DNA from: an uncultured delta proteobacterium
Lineage (GTDB): Bacteria > Myxococcota > Myxococcia > Myxococcales > Myxococcaceae
NCBI GenBank assembly: GCA_963713045.1
Contig: CAVQKE010000003.1
Span: 608,001 to 672,000, forward strand
DNA length: 64,000 nucleotides
Reading direction: 5' to 3'
Shown here: positions 10,671-20,668 of the stretch, in pieces
Layout: every line of letters begins with the position of its first letter
Numbering within the stretch: the first letter of the stretch is position 1
Notes under the pieces: generated by a model
What the model was told of the DNA's origin: nothing
The model's input: the letters and a program-made list of their open reading frames with translations, nothing else
The model's database searches: none
Translations under genes and position numbers: made by a program

Positions 10671-11839
10671 AACCCCTCTCGGTGGGCATCGCATGCTTTC
10701 CGACGGTGGGTGGCAGCGGCGTCGCGGCGTCGCAACTGGCCTTGAAGCTTGCCGAGCAGGGGCACTCGGTGCACGTCTTCTCCTCGGGGCTGCCGGTGCG
10801 TCTGACCCAGACCAAGGGCAGGTGCGTCCTGCACCGCATTGCACCGGTGATGCGTCCACCCCTGGAGAATGGCGTGTACGCCCTCGCGCTCGCCGGAGAG
10901 ATGGCGGAGGTCGCGCTGCGAGAGTCGCTGGACATTTTTCATGTGCACTATGCGCTGCCGCACGCGGCCAGTGCTCTGCTTGCCCAAGACATGGTGGTGC
11001 GGCGAGGCGGACGGGCGCCCCGACTGGTCACCACGCTTCATGGAACGGACGTCACCGGCATCGTCGGCAACCAGTCACTCATCGACGTCACCCAGCATGC
11101 CGTGCTGCGCAGTGACGCGGTGACGACGCCTTCGGCGTGGCTGCGCCGCACCGCTTTCCAGAACCTCTCCTTACCCGAGTCAACCGAGGTCGAAGTCCTT
11201 CCCAACTTCGTCGACCCGCAGGAGTTCCACCCTGCGGAGGAAACTCCAGCGTTGCGCGGCCTCTTTCCACAGCTTGCCTGGCAGGGCCGCCCCCGGCCGG
11301 GGCTGCTGCTGCACGCCTCCAATTTCCGGGCGGTGAAGCGCGTCGGCGACGCGGTGCTGGCGCTGGCCGAAGTCCTTCCTTCTCGGCCGGCCGCCCTCGT
11401 TCTGGTGGGGGACGGCCCTGAGCGACAGGCCGTCGAGAAGCTTGCCGCGTCCCTCGGGCTCGGCCGCCACGTTGCCTTTCTCGGAGAACAGCTTCAAATG
11501 GGGCGCCTCTTGGCGCAGGCGGACCTGTTTGTTCTGCCGAGCGAACAGGAAAGTTTCGGGTTGGCCGCACTCGAAGCCCTCGCCTCGGGAGTTCCCGTCG
11601 TGGCCACCCGCGTGGGGGGCCTCCCGGAGGTGGTCCGTCACTCGGAAACGGGCTTGCTCGTCCCGGTCCGCGACCCGCCGGCCCTGGCCAAGGCCGTGCT
11701 CGACCTGCTGGGCGACGAGCCCCGACGGGCAGCGATGGGCTTGGCGGCGCGGGCCGATGCGCTAGCGCGCTTCCGGCCGGAGCCGGTGGTCGCGCGGGTG
11801 GAGGCGCTGTACCACCGCCTTCTCATGCCGGCCGACTGA
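10667..11839 (+). CDS. bshA: N-acetyl-alpha-D-glucosaminyl L-malate synthase BshA (GT4)
   Basis: GIACFPTVGGSGV, HVHYALPHA, TTLHGTDVT, SNFRAVKR, ESFGLAALEA; coupled to bshC. Confidence 0.92.
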   Translation: MKPLSVGIACFPTVGGSGVAASQLALKLAEQGHSVHVFSSGLPVRLTQTKGRCVLHRIAPVMRPPLENGVYALALAGEMAEVALRESLDIFHVHYALPHAASALLAQDMVVRRGGRAPRLVTTLHGTDVTGIVGNQSLIDVTQHAVLRSDAVTTPSAWLRRTAFQNLSLPESTEVEVLPNFVDPQEFHPAEETPALRGLFPQLAWQGRPRPGLLLHASNFRAVKRVGDAVLALAEVLPSRPAALVLVGDGPERQAVEKLAASLGLGRHVAFLGEQLQMGRLLAQADLFVLPSEQESFGLAALEALASGVPVVATRVGGLPEVVRHSETGLLVPVRDPPALAKAVLDLLGDEPRRAAMGLAARADALARFRPEPVVARVEALYHRLLMPAD

Positions 11840-11841
11840 GG

Positions 11842-12693
11842 CTATTTCTTCCAGTCGGCGATGCCCTTCGCCACCTCGTCCTCGAGGAAGAAATTCTTTG
11901 ACTGCTTGCCGAGTCGCTGCGCCCTCTGGGCCAAGGCGAGGGCCTGCTGGGTGTTGCCGGAAGCGGCCAATAGCTCGGCCTTCGTCCAGTCGTTGAACCA
12001 GTCCTCCTTCAGCTTGATGGACTTGTCGACGAGTTCCATCGCATAGGCGGGCTCGAGCTTCGCATCCAACAAGTACCGAGCCGCCCGATTGTAGGGGACC
12101 CAGTCGTCCGTCTTCAGCGCTCGAATCTCCGCCATCACCCTGGTCCGGGTCGGCACCTCGAACTTCACGCCGACGCGAACGGTGTCCCATTCCATGGCCA
12201 GCGTGCCAGCCGCGTCGGTGAAGTCGAGCACGCTGTAGGCGAGCCTTTCACGCGGGGGAATGGTGGTCGCGGTCGCGGTGACCCGTAACACGTCGTCGCT
12301 TTGCTTGTAGCCGCTGCTGCCAGAGAGGCTGGTGTCCTTGTTGAGGATGAACGTCCAGCTGGCTTTGGTTGGCAATAGGAAGAGACAGTAGCTGCCGGCG
12401 GGAACTGGCTTTCCCTCGATGGTGGCGGCGGTGCTGAGCGTCAGCTTGGTGCATTCATTGGCGCCCGCGCGCCAAACCTCACCGTAGGGTACGACGTTTC
12501 CCCAGATTTTACGGCCGCGAGCGGCCGGGCTCGAATAGGCGATGGTCACGTCGGTCAGGCCGACGGTCTGTTTGAAGGTCGCGTTGGGACTGGGCCGCGG
12601 CAAGTCGAGCTTGGAGGAATCCTGCGCACCAGCCACGCTGGCCACCAAACCCGTTGCGATGACTGTAGAAGCAACTCGATGCAAGAGAGGCAT
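11842..12693 (-). CDS. DUF2911 domain secreted protein
   Basis: Signal peptide; PRPSP, YSSP..RGRKIWG.VVPYGEVWRAGANE. Confidence 0.85.
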   Translation of the reverse strand: MPLLHRVASTVIATGLVASVAGAQDSSKLDLPRPSPNATFKQTVGLTDVTIAYSSPAARGRKIWGNVVPYGEVWRAGANECTKLTLSTAATIEGKPVPAGSYCLFLLPTKASWTFILNKDTSLSGSSGYKQSDDVLRVTATATTIPPRERLAYSVLDFTDAAGTLAMEWDTVRVGVKFEVPTRTRVMAEIRALKTDDWVPYNRAARYLLDAKLEPAYAMELVDKSIKLKEDWFNDWTKAELLAASGNTQQALALAQRAQRLGKQSKNFFLEDEVAKGIADWKK

Positions 12694-12821
12694 GCGACTC
12701 CTCAGGGTTGACGGGGAGAGGGTGAAAGGGCGCGGACTGTACTGTTTTCCCGGGTCCGAGGGGCAAGCCAGCTGGTCCTCGCCTTGAAGACGGCCGAGCC
12801 GGCGCTAGACTCCTCGCACCC

Positions 12822-14747
12822 ATGTCTGCGCCCCGTCTGACCGAGCCGTTGGTCCGTGAAAACGGAAGGCTGCGACCGACGACGTGGAAGAATGCGCTGG
12901 ACCGCGCAGCGGCCGGCATCCGCAGCTCGGTCGAACGTCACGGTCCGACGTCCTTTGGCATCTTCAGCTGCTCGAAGGCCACCAATGAGGTGAATTTCGC
13001 AGCACAGAAATTCATCCGCGCCGCCGTCGGCAGCAACAACATCGACAGCTGCAATAGAACCTGACACGCGCCGAGCGTCGCCGGTCTGGCGGCGGTCTTC
13101 GGAGCGGGCGGGGGGACGTCCTCCTACCGGGAGGTGGAGGAGACGGAGGTTCTCGTTCTCTGGGGAAGCAACGCCCGCGAGACGCACCCCATCTTTTTCC
13201 ACCACGTGCTTCGGGCGCTCCGGCGTGGTGCTAAGCTTTACGTCGTTGACCCGCGGAGAACGTCCACCGCCGAATGGGCGGACGGCTGGCTTCCCCTCCA
13301 CGTGGGCACGGACATCGCGCTCGCCAACGGCGTGGCCCACTGCATTCTGGAAGCCGGGCTTGAACATCGCTCGTTCATCCATCGCGCCACCGAGGGCTTC
13401 GAGGCCTATGCAGAAATGGTCCAACGTTATGACTTAGCCCGGGTGTCGCGGGAGACGGGGGTCGACGCTGGGCTGATTGACCGTCTTGCGCACGACTACG
13501 CAAAGGCGGACAGGGCGATGATTTGCTGGACGCTTGGAATCACCGAGCACCACAACGCGGTGGACAACGTGCTGGGCCTCATCAACCTGGCGCTGCTCAC
13601 CGGTCAGGTGGGGCGCTGGGGCTCTGGTCTCAACCCCCTGCGCGGGCAAAACAACGTGCAAGGGGGCGGCGACATGGGCGCGCTCCCCAACAAGCTCCCC
13701 GGGTTTCAGGACGTCGCTGACGCGGCGGCCCGCGCTCGCTTCGAAGCTTGCTGGGGCCGACCGATTCCGTCGGAAAAGGGTTGGAACCTCACCGAGATGT
13801 TTGACGCCATGGAGCGGCGGGCCCTCCACGCGTTGTTGGTCATCGGCGAGAACCCAGCGCACTCAGAGGCCGACTCGCTACACACCCTCAAGACGCTGGG
13901 GCGACTCGAGCACCTGGTGGTGCAGGACATCGTCTTCACCCGGACTGCCGAGTTGGCGGACGTGGTCCTTCCCGCGACGGCCAGTTGGTGCGAAGCGGAG
14001 GGCACCGTCACCAGCAGCGAGCGGCGCGTCCAGCGGTGCCGGCCAGCGCTGACGCCACCGGGACAGGCCCGCGACGACCTTGCCATCCTTAGCGAGCTCT
14101 CACTCCGCCTAGGGTATGACCTCGGGACGCCGACGCCTCGCGCGGCCTGGGAGGAGCTTCGGACCCTGAGCCCGATGCACGCTGGGATGAGCTACCAAAG
14201 GCTTGAAGAGCTGCACGGCATCCAATGGCCTTGTCCCGACGAGAAGCACCCCGGCTCCCCGTTTCTTCATGGAAGGCTGTGGGCTGAGCCCGTGGTCGGG
14301 CCACGCGCCCCCTTCATCCCGACTGAGCAGGTGGCGCCAGCCGACACCCTGGATGCTTCCTTCCCCCTCCGGCTCACCACCGGTCGCCGGCTGGAGTCGT
14401 TCAACACCGGCGTCCAGAGCGGGGGCTACGCCTGGCCCCACCCCCGCGGAACAACTCTCGACTTGAACCCCGAGGACGCGCGGGTGCTGGCTGTCACCGA
14501 AGGGGAACAGGTCCGGGTGGTGTCCCGACGCGGCGCGGTGGAGGCTCCGGTCCGCCTGGACACCGGCCTACGCCCGGGCCTGGCATTCATGAGTTTTCAC
14601 TTCCCGAACGAGGTCGATACCAACGTGCTGACCATCAACGCGACGGACCCTAAGTCCGGGACAGCTGAATTCAAGGCGACCGCCGTGCGCGTCGAGAAAC
14701 TGCGCCCGTCGGGCACCATCGACCGCCCCGGCGCGTCCCCGCGCTAA
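12822..14747 (+). CDS. fdhF: Selenocysteine-containing formate dehydrogenase catalytic (Mo/W-bis-PGD) subunit; TGA 13062-13064 read as Sec
   Basis: ORFs 12822-13064 and 13134-14747 are in the same frame with no stop between them; NNIDSCNRT-U-HAPSVAGL matches the FdhF active site; PLRGQNNVQG, PEFK-like AEFK end. Confidence 0.92.
13076..13094 (+). promoter_or_regulatory. Bacterial SECIS-like hairpin
   Basis: Stem CGTCGCC / loop GGTCT / GGCGGCG begins 11 nt after the TGA; resembles the E. coli fdhF SECIS (GGTCT apex). Confidence 0.8.
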
Positions 14748-14788
14748 AAACCTGTCCGCAACAAGGCTTCTGCTAGTCTCCGTCAGTG

Positions 14789-16624
14789 ATGGACTTGCGC
14801 GCCATCGCCGCGACGCCGACGCCCATCGAGCGCGACGCAGTCGACGCTGTGCTTGGGCCCTCCGAGAAGGAGGCGCCGATGCCAATTCAATTGGCGAAGG
14901 CCCGCCGCACATCCCTGTTGCCCGGCCTGCATGCACTGCAGGCGCGCGTCGGCTGGGTCAGTCCGGGTGGCTTGGGCTATGTCTGCCGGCGGCTGGGCAT
15001 CCCGCCCGCCGAAGGGTACGGCGTCGCCAGCTTCTACGCGCTGCTGTCACTCGGCGAGCGCCCAGCTGCGTTTGCGCACGTCTGCGATGACATTGCCTGT
15101 CAAGTGGCCGGTGCCGAGCCATTGTGCTCCGCGCTCACCGCCCGACTCGGGCCCGCTGCAACAGCCCCACACCGGGCCGAGGCCCCCGAAGCAGGAGCGG
15201 CCGCTGTGTCCCGCTGGATGCGCAGCCCTTGTCTCGGGCTATGCGAGCGCGCGCCGGCGGCCCTGGTGACGGTGGCTGGCCAGTCCCCGCAGGCCTTCGC
15301 CTTTGGGGCGGCGAGTGTAAAAGGCATCCAATCCGCCCTCGAAGGCCTTGCGCCCTCAGCGCCGCCGCCAGCAGTAGGCGGCACGGGCCCGCGCCGCCTG
15401 CTGGCGCGCGTCGGGGTGGTGGACCCCTCGAGCCTGCTCGACTACCAAGCACACCGAGGGCAGCAGGCGCTCCGGCGGGCGATTGAGGTCGGCCCCGCTG
15501 CCACCATTCGCGAAGTCATCGACGCGAAGCTGGTGGGCCGAGGCGGGGCCGCCTTTCCGACCGGTCGGAAATGGGAAGCCGTGGCTGGCGCCGCTGAGAA
15601 GCCTCATTACGTCGTCTGCAATGCCGATGAGTCGGAGCCTGGCACCTTCAAGGACCGGGTGTTGATGGAGAGCGACCCCTTCGCTGTCCTCGAGGCCATG
15701 ACCATCGCTGGCTTCGCAACACACGCCGAGCGTGGGTACCTGTACCTTCGCGGCGAGTACCCCCTCGCCACCACTCGACTCGAGCACGCCCTTGGTAGCT
15801 TGCGCGCGCAAAGACTCCTCGGGACCGACATCCTGGGCAGCGGGTTCGCCTTTGACATTGAGATTCGCCGCGGAGCCGGCGCCTACATCTGCGGCGAGGA
15901 AACGGCCCTCTTCAACTCCATCGAGGGCTTTCGTGGCGAGCCGCGAAACAAGCCCCCCTACCCCGCCGAGTCGGGCCTCTTTCGCAAACCCACCGTCGTC
16001 AACAACGTCGAGACGCTGGTGGCCGTGCTGGACATCATCCGCGAGGGGGCAGCGCACTACGCCGCGGTGGGTACTGCGGCCTCACCGGGAACGAAGCTCT
16101 TCTGCGTCTCGGGGCGAGTGGCGCAACCGGGCCTCTATGAGGTGCCCTTCGGAACGCGTCTCGACGCGCTGATTCAGCTCGCTGGCGGCGTTGGCCCTGG
16201 CCGTCGAATCCAGGCGGTGCTGCTGGGCGGGGCCGCCGGGACGTTTCTCACGCCCCAGGAGCTGGCCGTCCCACTCTCTTTCGAAGACACGCGCAAGGCG
16301 GGCGCCTCACTCGGCTCCGGGGTGGTGTTGGTGCTCGATGACACGGTCGCCCTTCGACCTCTGCTCCGCAGGCTGGCCGCCTTCTTCCGCGATGAGTCCT
16401 GCGGCCAATGCGTTCCCTGCCGGGTCGGAACGGTGCGCCAGGAGGAACTGTTGGCTCGGCTGGCCACCTGCGAGCCGCGCGAGTCGCCGGCGGAGCTTGC
16501 ACTGCTGGAGGAACTGGGACAGGCGATGCGCGACGCCTCCATCTGTGGGCTCGGCCAGACTGCGACCCTGGCCATCCAGTCCGCCCTCGCAAAGTTCGGG
16601 CCGCATTTGGGGGAACAGCCGTGA
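14789..16624 (+). CDS. NuoE-NuoF fusion (2Fe-2S + FMN/NADH-binding diaphorase subunit)
   Basis: VCDDIAC...CLGLC; GRGGAAFPTG.KW, CNADESEPGTFKDR, GAGAYICGEETAL, ESCGQCVPCRVG. Confidence 0.92.
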   Translation: MDLRAIAATPTPIERDAVDAVLGPSEKEAPMPIQLAKARRTSLLPGLHALQARVGWVSPGGLGYVCRRLGIPPAEGYGVASFYALLSLGERPAAFAHVCDDIACQVAGAEPLCSALTARLGPAATAPHRAEAPEAGAAAVSRWMRSPCLGLCERAPAALVTVAGQSPQAFAFGAASVKGIQSALEGLAPSAPPPAVGGTGPRRLLARVGVVDPSSLLDYQAHRGQQALRRAIEVGPAATIREVIDAKLVGRGGAAFPTGRKWEAVAGAAEKPHYVVCNADESEPGTFKDRVLMESDPFAVLEAMTIAGFATHAERGYLYLRGEYPLATTRLEHALGSLRAQRLLGTDILGSGFAFDIEIRRGAGAYICGEETALFNSIEGFRGEPRNKPPYPAESGLFRKPTVVNNVETLVAVLDIIREGAAHYAAVGTAASPGTKLFCVSGRVAQPGLYEVPFGTRLDALIQLAGGVGPGRRIQAVLLGGAAGTFLTPQELAVPLSFEDTRKAGASLGSGVVLVLDDTVALRPLLRRLAAFFRDESCGQCVPCRVGTVRQEELLARLATCEPRESPAELALLEELGQAMRDASICGLGQTATLAIQSALAKFGPHLGEQP

Positions 16625-17472
16625 CGCCGCCAGCTGTCGAACTCACCGTCGACGGCGTGCCGGTGACAGTTCCCCAGGGCGCAACACTGTTGGCGGCTTG
16701 CGGCGCCGCCCGAATCGAAACTCCGACGCTGTGCTGGGCAGAAAATCTGACTCCGGTGAACGCTTGCCGCATCTGCGTCGTGGAAGTGGAAGGGAACCGC
16801 GCTCTCGTCCCTGCCTGCTCGCGCGTCGCGGAGCCGGGGATGAAGGTGCTTACCGACAGCCCGCGGGTGCGGCTAAGCCGGAAGCTGGTGGTCGAGCTGC
16901 TTGGCTCCTCGGTGGACATGGCACGCTCCGCTGAGTTCCAACGCTTCGCGGCGCGCTATGGAGCCCGTCCAGAGCGCTTCGGCCCAAACGCTCAGACAGT
17001 GGCCCAGCCGGTCAAAGTGGACAACCAACTCTTTGTCCGCGATTACGCCCGCTGCATCCTTTGCTACAAGTGTGTCGAGGCCTGCGGAGCGGATGCCCAA
17101 AATACATTCGCCATCGCCCTCGCCGGTCGCGGCTTCGAGGCGCGCATCGCCACGGAGCACGAAGTCGAGCTTCCGGACTCGGCCTGCGTCTTCTGTGGCA
17201 ACTGCGTCGGCGTCTGCCCCACCGGCGCACTCGTCTTCAAGACCGAGCACGATTTGCGAGCAGCCGGACAGTGGCGCGAGTCAGAGCAAACCCTGACCGA
17301 TACCATCTGCCCCTATTGCGGCGTCGGCTGTACCTTGTCGCTCCGCGTGCAGGACAACACCATCGTGCGCGTCACCTCTCCCAGCGACTCGAGTGTCACC
17401 GGCGGCCATCTCTGTGTGAAGGGCCGCTTCGGCTTCTCGTTTGTCGAGGATGCTGCACGACGGAAGGGATGA
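16621..17472 (+). CDS. NuoG/FdsA N-terminal-like Fe-S subunit (2Fe-2S, 2x4Fe-4S, Molybdop_Fe4S4)
   Basis: PTLC..NACRICVVE..PAC; CILCYKCVEAC; CVFCGNCVGVCP; TICPYCGVGC..HLCVKGRFG; GTGA overlap with previous gene. Confidence 0.9.
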   Translation: MTPPAVELTVDGVPVTVPQGATLLAACGAARIETPTLCWAENLTPVNACRICVVEVEGNRALVPACSRVAEPGMKVLTDSPRVRLSRKLVVELLGSSVDMARSAEFQRFAARYGARPERFGPNAQTVAQPVKVDNQLFVRDYARCILCYKCVEACGADAQNTFAIALAGRGFEARIATEHEVELPDSACVFCGNCVGVCPTGALVFKTEHDLRAAGQWRESEQTLTDTICPYCGVGCTLSLRVQDNTIVRVTSPSDSSVTGGHLCVKGRFGFSFVEDAARRKG

Positions 17473-17602
17473 GCGCTCCCTCCGTTGCCGGGGGCGGCTT
17501 GGCCGCCCGTCAGCCAAAGGCTTGGCTTTTCGGCAGTTGGGGGCAAAGGCCTCAGGCTTGCACCCGAATTAAGCCCCGGAACCACCCCGGCAGGCACCGA
17601 CA

Positions 17603-19057
17603 TCACAGCTCGGCGTCCGCTTCGATTTCCACCAGTGCTTCGTCGGAGACCAGCCGGGCCTCCACCAGTGTATTTGCCGGCTGAATGTGGCCGAAGCGCT
17701 CTCCATGGGCTCGGGCCACCGCCTCCCAAGAGGCGATTTCCCTGACGAAGACGCGCGTGCGCACGACGTCCTCCAGGCGAGCCCCCAGCGACTCCAGTGC
17801 CCCTTCCAACTTGTCGATGGCGAAATGGGTCTGGGCGACGGCATCGCTGCCTCCAATGGAGCGCTGCCCATGGCTTGCCGTGGTCCCGGACACTTGAATG
17901 CGGGTTCCTTTTCGCACCGCCCGGGCATAACCGGCGATTGGCTCCCACGGGGTCCCGCTCAGGCAAAGCGTTCGGTCAGCGAGAGTCCGCGTCTGGTACG
18001 GAGCGGGAAACCCGTCCACATGGTGGCTGAGGTCGCCCGAGGCTGTGAGAAACGGAGGCCGTCGGTATTCGTCGCCGCAATCGCCCGGAATGGCCAGCAA
18101 CAACGCCTGCGCGGCGGCCAGGCTGCGCCTATCCTCGTCGTCCAGAGCGAAAGCAAAAACGCGCGCATTGTCCTCAAGGTGTGCTCGCTCGCCCAACCGT
18201 GCCCCAACGATGACTCCGGCCACCGCGGGCTCGTCGAGAATTGCCCGGCACGCCACGTTCGCCATCGAGACGCCGTGCTTTTCAGCGATGGTGTGGGTTG
18301 CGTGCAACACGCCCTGCAAACGGTCCCAGCCACCGGCGGACTGAACGAAGCGGCTGTATTTCATCAAAGACCAGGTCTGCAGGTCATGGTCCGAAGGCGC
18401 GGGGCGCCCCAGCCAGCGCTCCGTTAAAAGCCCACCGGCCAGGGTTCCGTAAGCGAGTAGCTGAACGCCCCGCTCACGGCACAGCTGTGTCATTCGGCCG
18501 CGAGCGCGGGTGTCAAGCAGCGAGAACGACACCTGGTTGGAGACAACTGGAAGACCGCTGCTGAGCGCGATGCGCAGGTGTGCGGTGTCGAAATTGGCCA
18601 CGCCAACGTGGGAAACCAGTCCCTCCTCCTGCAGCTCCTGAAGAAAAAAGAGGCAGTCCAGCCAGCTTGGGTCGCTGAAGCGCCAGGCATGGAGCTGCAG
18701 CAAGTCGACGCTGCTCACCCCCAACCGCTCGAGAGCGCGCTGGACTGCTTCCCGCACGCTTTCGCGCGTCACAGGGCCTGGCTTAGGAACCCACTTGGTC
18801 AACTGCTGGATGGCAGGAGCGGCTCCGTCGCGCAGGGCGCGAAACCGTCCGGCCACCTCTTCTGCGGAGCCGTAATGGTCCGCCATGTCGAAGCTGGTGA
18901 ACCCCGCCTCAACGTACGCCGTCATCGCTAACGCCGTCGCGTCCAAGTCGAGCGTCCGGCCATCGCGCTCCATGTCGGCGATTTGCCAAAGACCGGTGAG
19001 GACCCGTGAAATGCTCAGCCCAGGTGCTAGCTCGCGGCGCTCGATGTGAGAGCTCAT
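17603..19057 (-). CDS. Aldo/keto reductase fused to C-terminal Rid (YjgF/YER057c/UK114) domain
   Basis: FDMADHYG, DLLQLH, GVANF, SNQVSFSLLD; C-term WEPIAGYARAVR.G.RIQVSGTT..DVVRTRVFV..PANTLV..VEIEADA. Confidence 0.88.
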   Translation of the reverse strand: MSSHIERRELAPGLSISRVLTGLWQIADMERDGRTLDLDATALAMTAYVEAGFTSFDMADHYGSAEEVAGRFRALRDGAAPAIQQLTKWVPKPGPVTRESVREAVQRALERLGVSSVDLLQLHAWRFSDPSWLDCLFFLQELQEEGLVSHVGVANFDTAHLRIALSSGLPVVSNQVSFSLLDTRARGRMTQLCRERGVQLLAYGTLAGGLLTERWLGRPAPSDHDLQTWSLMKYSRFVQSAGGWDRLQGVLHATHTIAEKHGVSMANVACRAILDEPAVAGVIVGARLGERAHLEDNARVFAFALDDEDRRSLAAAQALLLAIPGDCGDEYRRPPFLTASGDLSHHVDGFPAPYQTRTLADRTLCLSGTPWEPIAGYARAVRKGTRIQVSGTTASHGQRSIGGSDAVAQTHFAIDKLEGALESLGARLEDVVRTRVFVREIASWEAVARAHGERFGHIQPANTLVEARLVSDEALVEIEADAEL

Positions 19058-19069
19058 TCCTTCAACCCG

Positions 19070-20536
19070 CTACTCAGGAGGGAGGCTGGCAAAGATGGCA
19101 TCGACGTTGACTCCGCGGCGCCGAAGACTGCCCACTTCGCGAGCGTAGACCACGCTGCCAACCCCCATCACCAAGAGCCACACCGGCGTACTGCGGAAGT
19201 ACCAGGCGGAGACGGGTGCAGTCAGGTCCTTCAGCGTGTGGACGACGAGCAGGGCGCCGAGCAAGACAATGCCCGCGAGGGAAAGCACCACTTGGACCCG
19301 GCGGTTCCGCACGACGCGCACCCGGCGCGCGAGCGCTGGGTTTCGGGCCGGGAGCGCCAAGACCGAACAACACATCAACAAAAAAGTGACCAGCATCGAG
19401 GTCACCAGAATGTCCACCCCCAGAAAGAAATCCCCCGCCAGGTGGCTCCCCACAATGCCCAGCGAGGCCATGGCCGCACTGGCGAGAATGGCCAAATGGG
19501 GCGTCCGGAAGCGGGGGTGAACAGCAGCCACGCTGCGAGGGAAAATCCCGTCTTCCGCCCAGGCGAACATCAGCCGTGAGACGCTGAGGAGCATCGCCGG
19601 CAAGTCCTTCGCCAGTGCCACCGCAGCACCAGCCACCACGGCCACCCGCAGGGGCGTCGGAAGAAGGACCCCCAACAGTCCTGGGGCAGAGATGTCGTGC
19701 CGAAGTGCCTCGTCGCGCACCAACCTCCAAGGGACTGCGTGGTAGACCGCAGCGGAGAACAGCACATAGAAGACTGCGACCAGTCCGATGGCGAGGCCGA
19801 TGGCCAACGGCAGGGTGCGACTGGGGTCCTTGGCTTCTCCGCCCGCCTGGGCAATCGAGTCGAAGCCGATGAAGCTGGAGAACAGAAGCGCGGCGGCGGT
19901 GAGGAAGGTCCGCACTGAGGTTTGAGCCGAGGGGGCCGGAATTTCCGGCGCCAGCGCGGCGGCACGCCGAAAATCCTCCGGACCGAACCAGAAACCCGCC
20001 ACGATGAGCACTCCGCTCAGGACGAACGTCAATGCCAGCAACGGCACGAGAACGCGCTGGTACATTTTGACGCCGCGCAAATTCACCAGCGCGAAACCCC
20101 ACAACACGAGAAGCGGAATCGCCAACCGCGCGGGGCCTTCTTCGAACGTCGCTGCGATGCGGACAACGCCAGCCGCGAGCGCCACATCACGCAGGAAAGG
20201 AACCAAGAGGTAGCTCACCACGCCGATGGCGACGCACAGGGAAAACCATTGGGAGAAGCTGGCGATGAAGCCCAGGTAGGGGTTCAGCGCGCGGCTCGCG
20301 TAAACATAGCTTCCGCCGGCGCGGGGCATGGCCGAGGCGAGCACGGCATAAGCAATGCCAGCCAGGACCGCCGGGCCCGCGGCGACCAGGAAGGCCGGCA
20401 ACACGTTTCCACCAATTCCCGGGACGTGCCGCTGAATCATGAAGGGCACCACGTTGATGCCCGCACCAACCATCGACGCAATCCCGGTGGCGGTGAGCCC
20501 GACCAAGCCCATCTCGCGCACCAGACCGGAAGGCAT
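19070..20536 (-). CDS. APC family amino acid permease
   Basis: LVREMGL..MVGAGIN, LASAMPRAGGSYVY, FIGFDSIAQAGGEAKDP, VHPRFRTP; start taken at ATG 20536. Confidence 0.9.
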   Translation of the reverse strand: MPSGLVREMGLVGLTATGIASMVGAGINVVPFMIQRHVPGIGGNVLPAFLVAAGPAVLAGIAYAVLASAMPRAGGSYVYASRALNPYLGFIASFSQWFSLCVAIGVVSYLLVPFLRDVALAAGVVRIAATFEEGPARLAIPLLVLWGFALVNLRGVKMYQRVLVPLLALTFVLSGVLIVAGFWFGPEDFRRAAALAPEIPAPSAQTSVRTFLTAAALLFSSFIGFDSIAQAGGEAKDPSRTLPLAIGLAIGLVAVFYVLFSAAVYHAVPWRLVRDEALRHDISAPGLLGVLLPTPLRVAVVAGAAVALAKDLPAMLLSVSRLMFAWAEDGIFPRSVAAVHPRFRTPHLAILASAAMASLGIVGSHLAGDFFLGVDILVTSMLVTFLLMCCSVLALPARNPALARRVRVVRNRRVQVVLSLAGIVLLGALLVVHTLKDLTAPVSAWYFRSTPVWLLVMGVGSVVYAREVGSLRRRGVNVDAIFASLPPE

Positions 20537-20668
20537 CGCCTCACTCTGTGCAGCTGCGAATCGAGCGAGCAAGCAATTTGCTGAGCGGCCGACGAAGCCT
20601 CCGGCGTCGGCTGGCCTGCCATGTCGGTTCCGCTTGTCCTCGGCCGCTCGACACCGGAAGCTCGCGCG

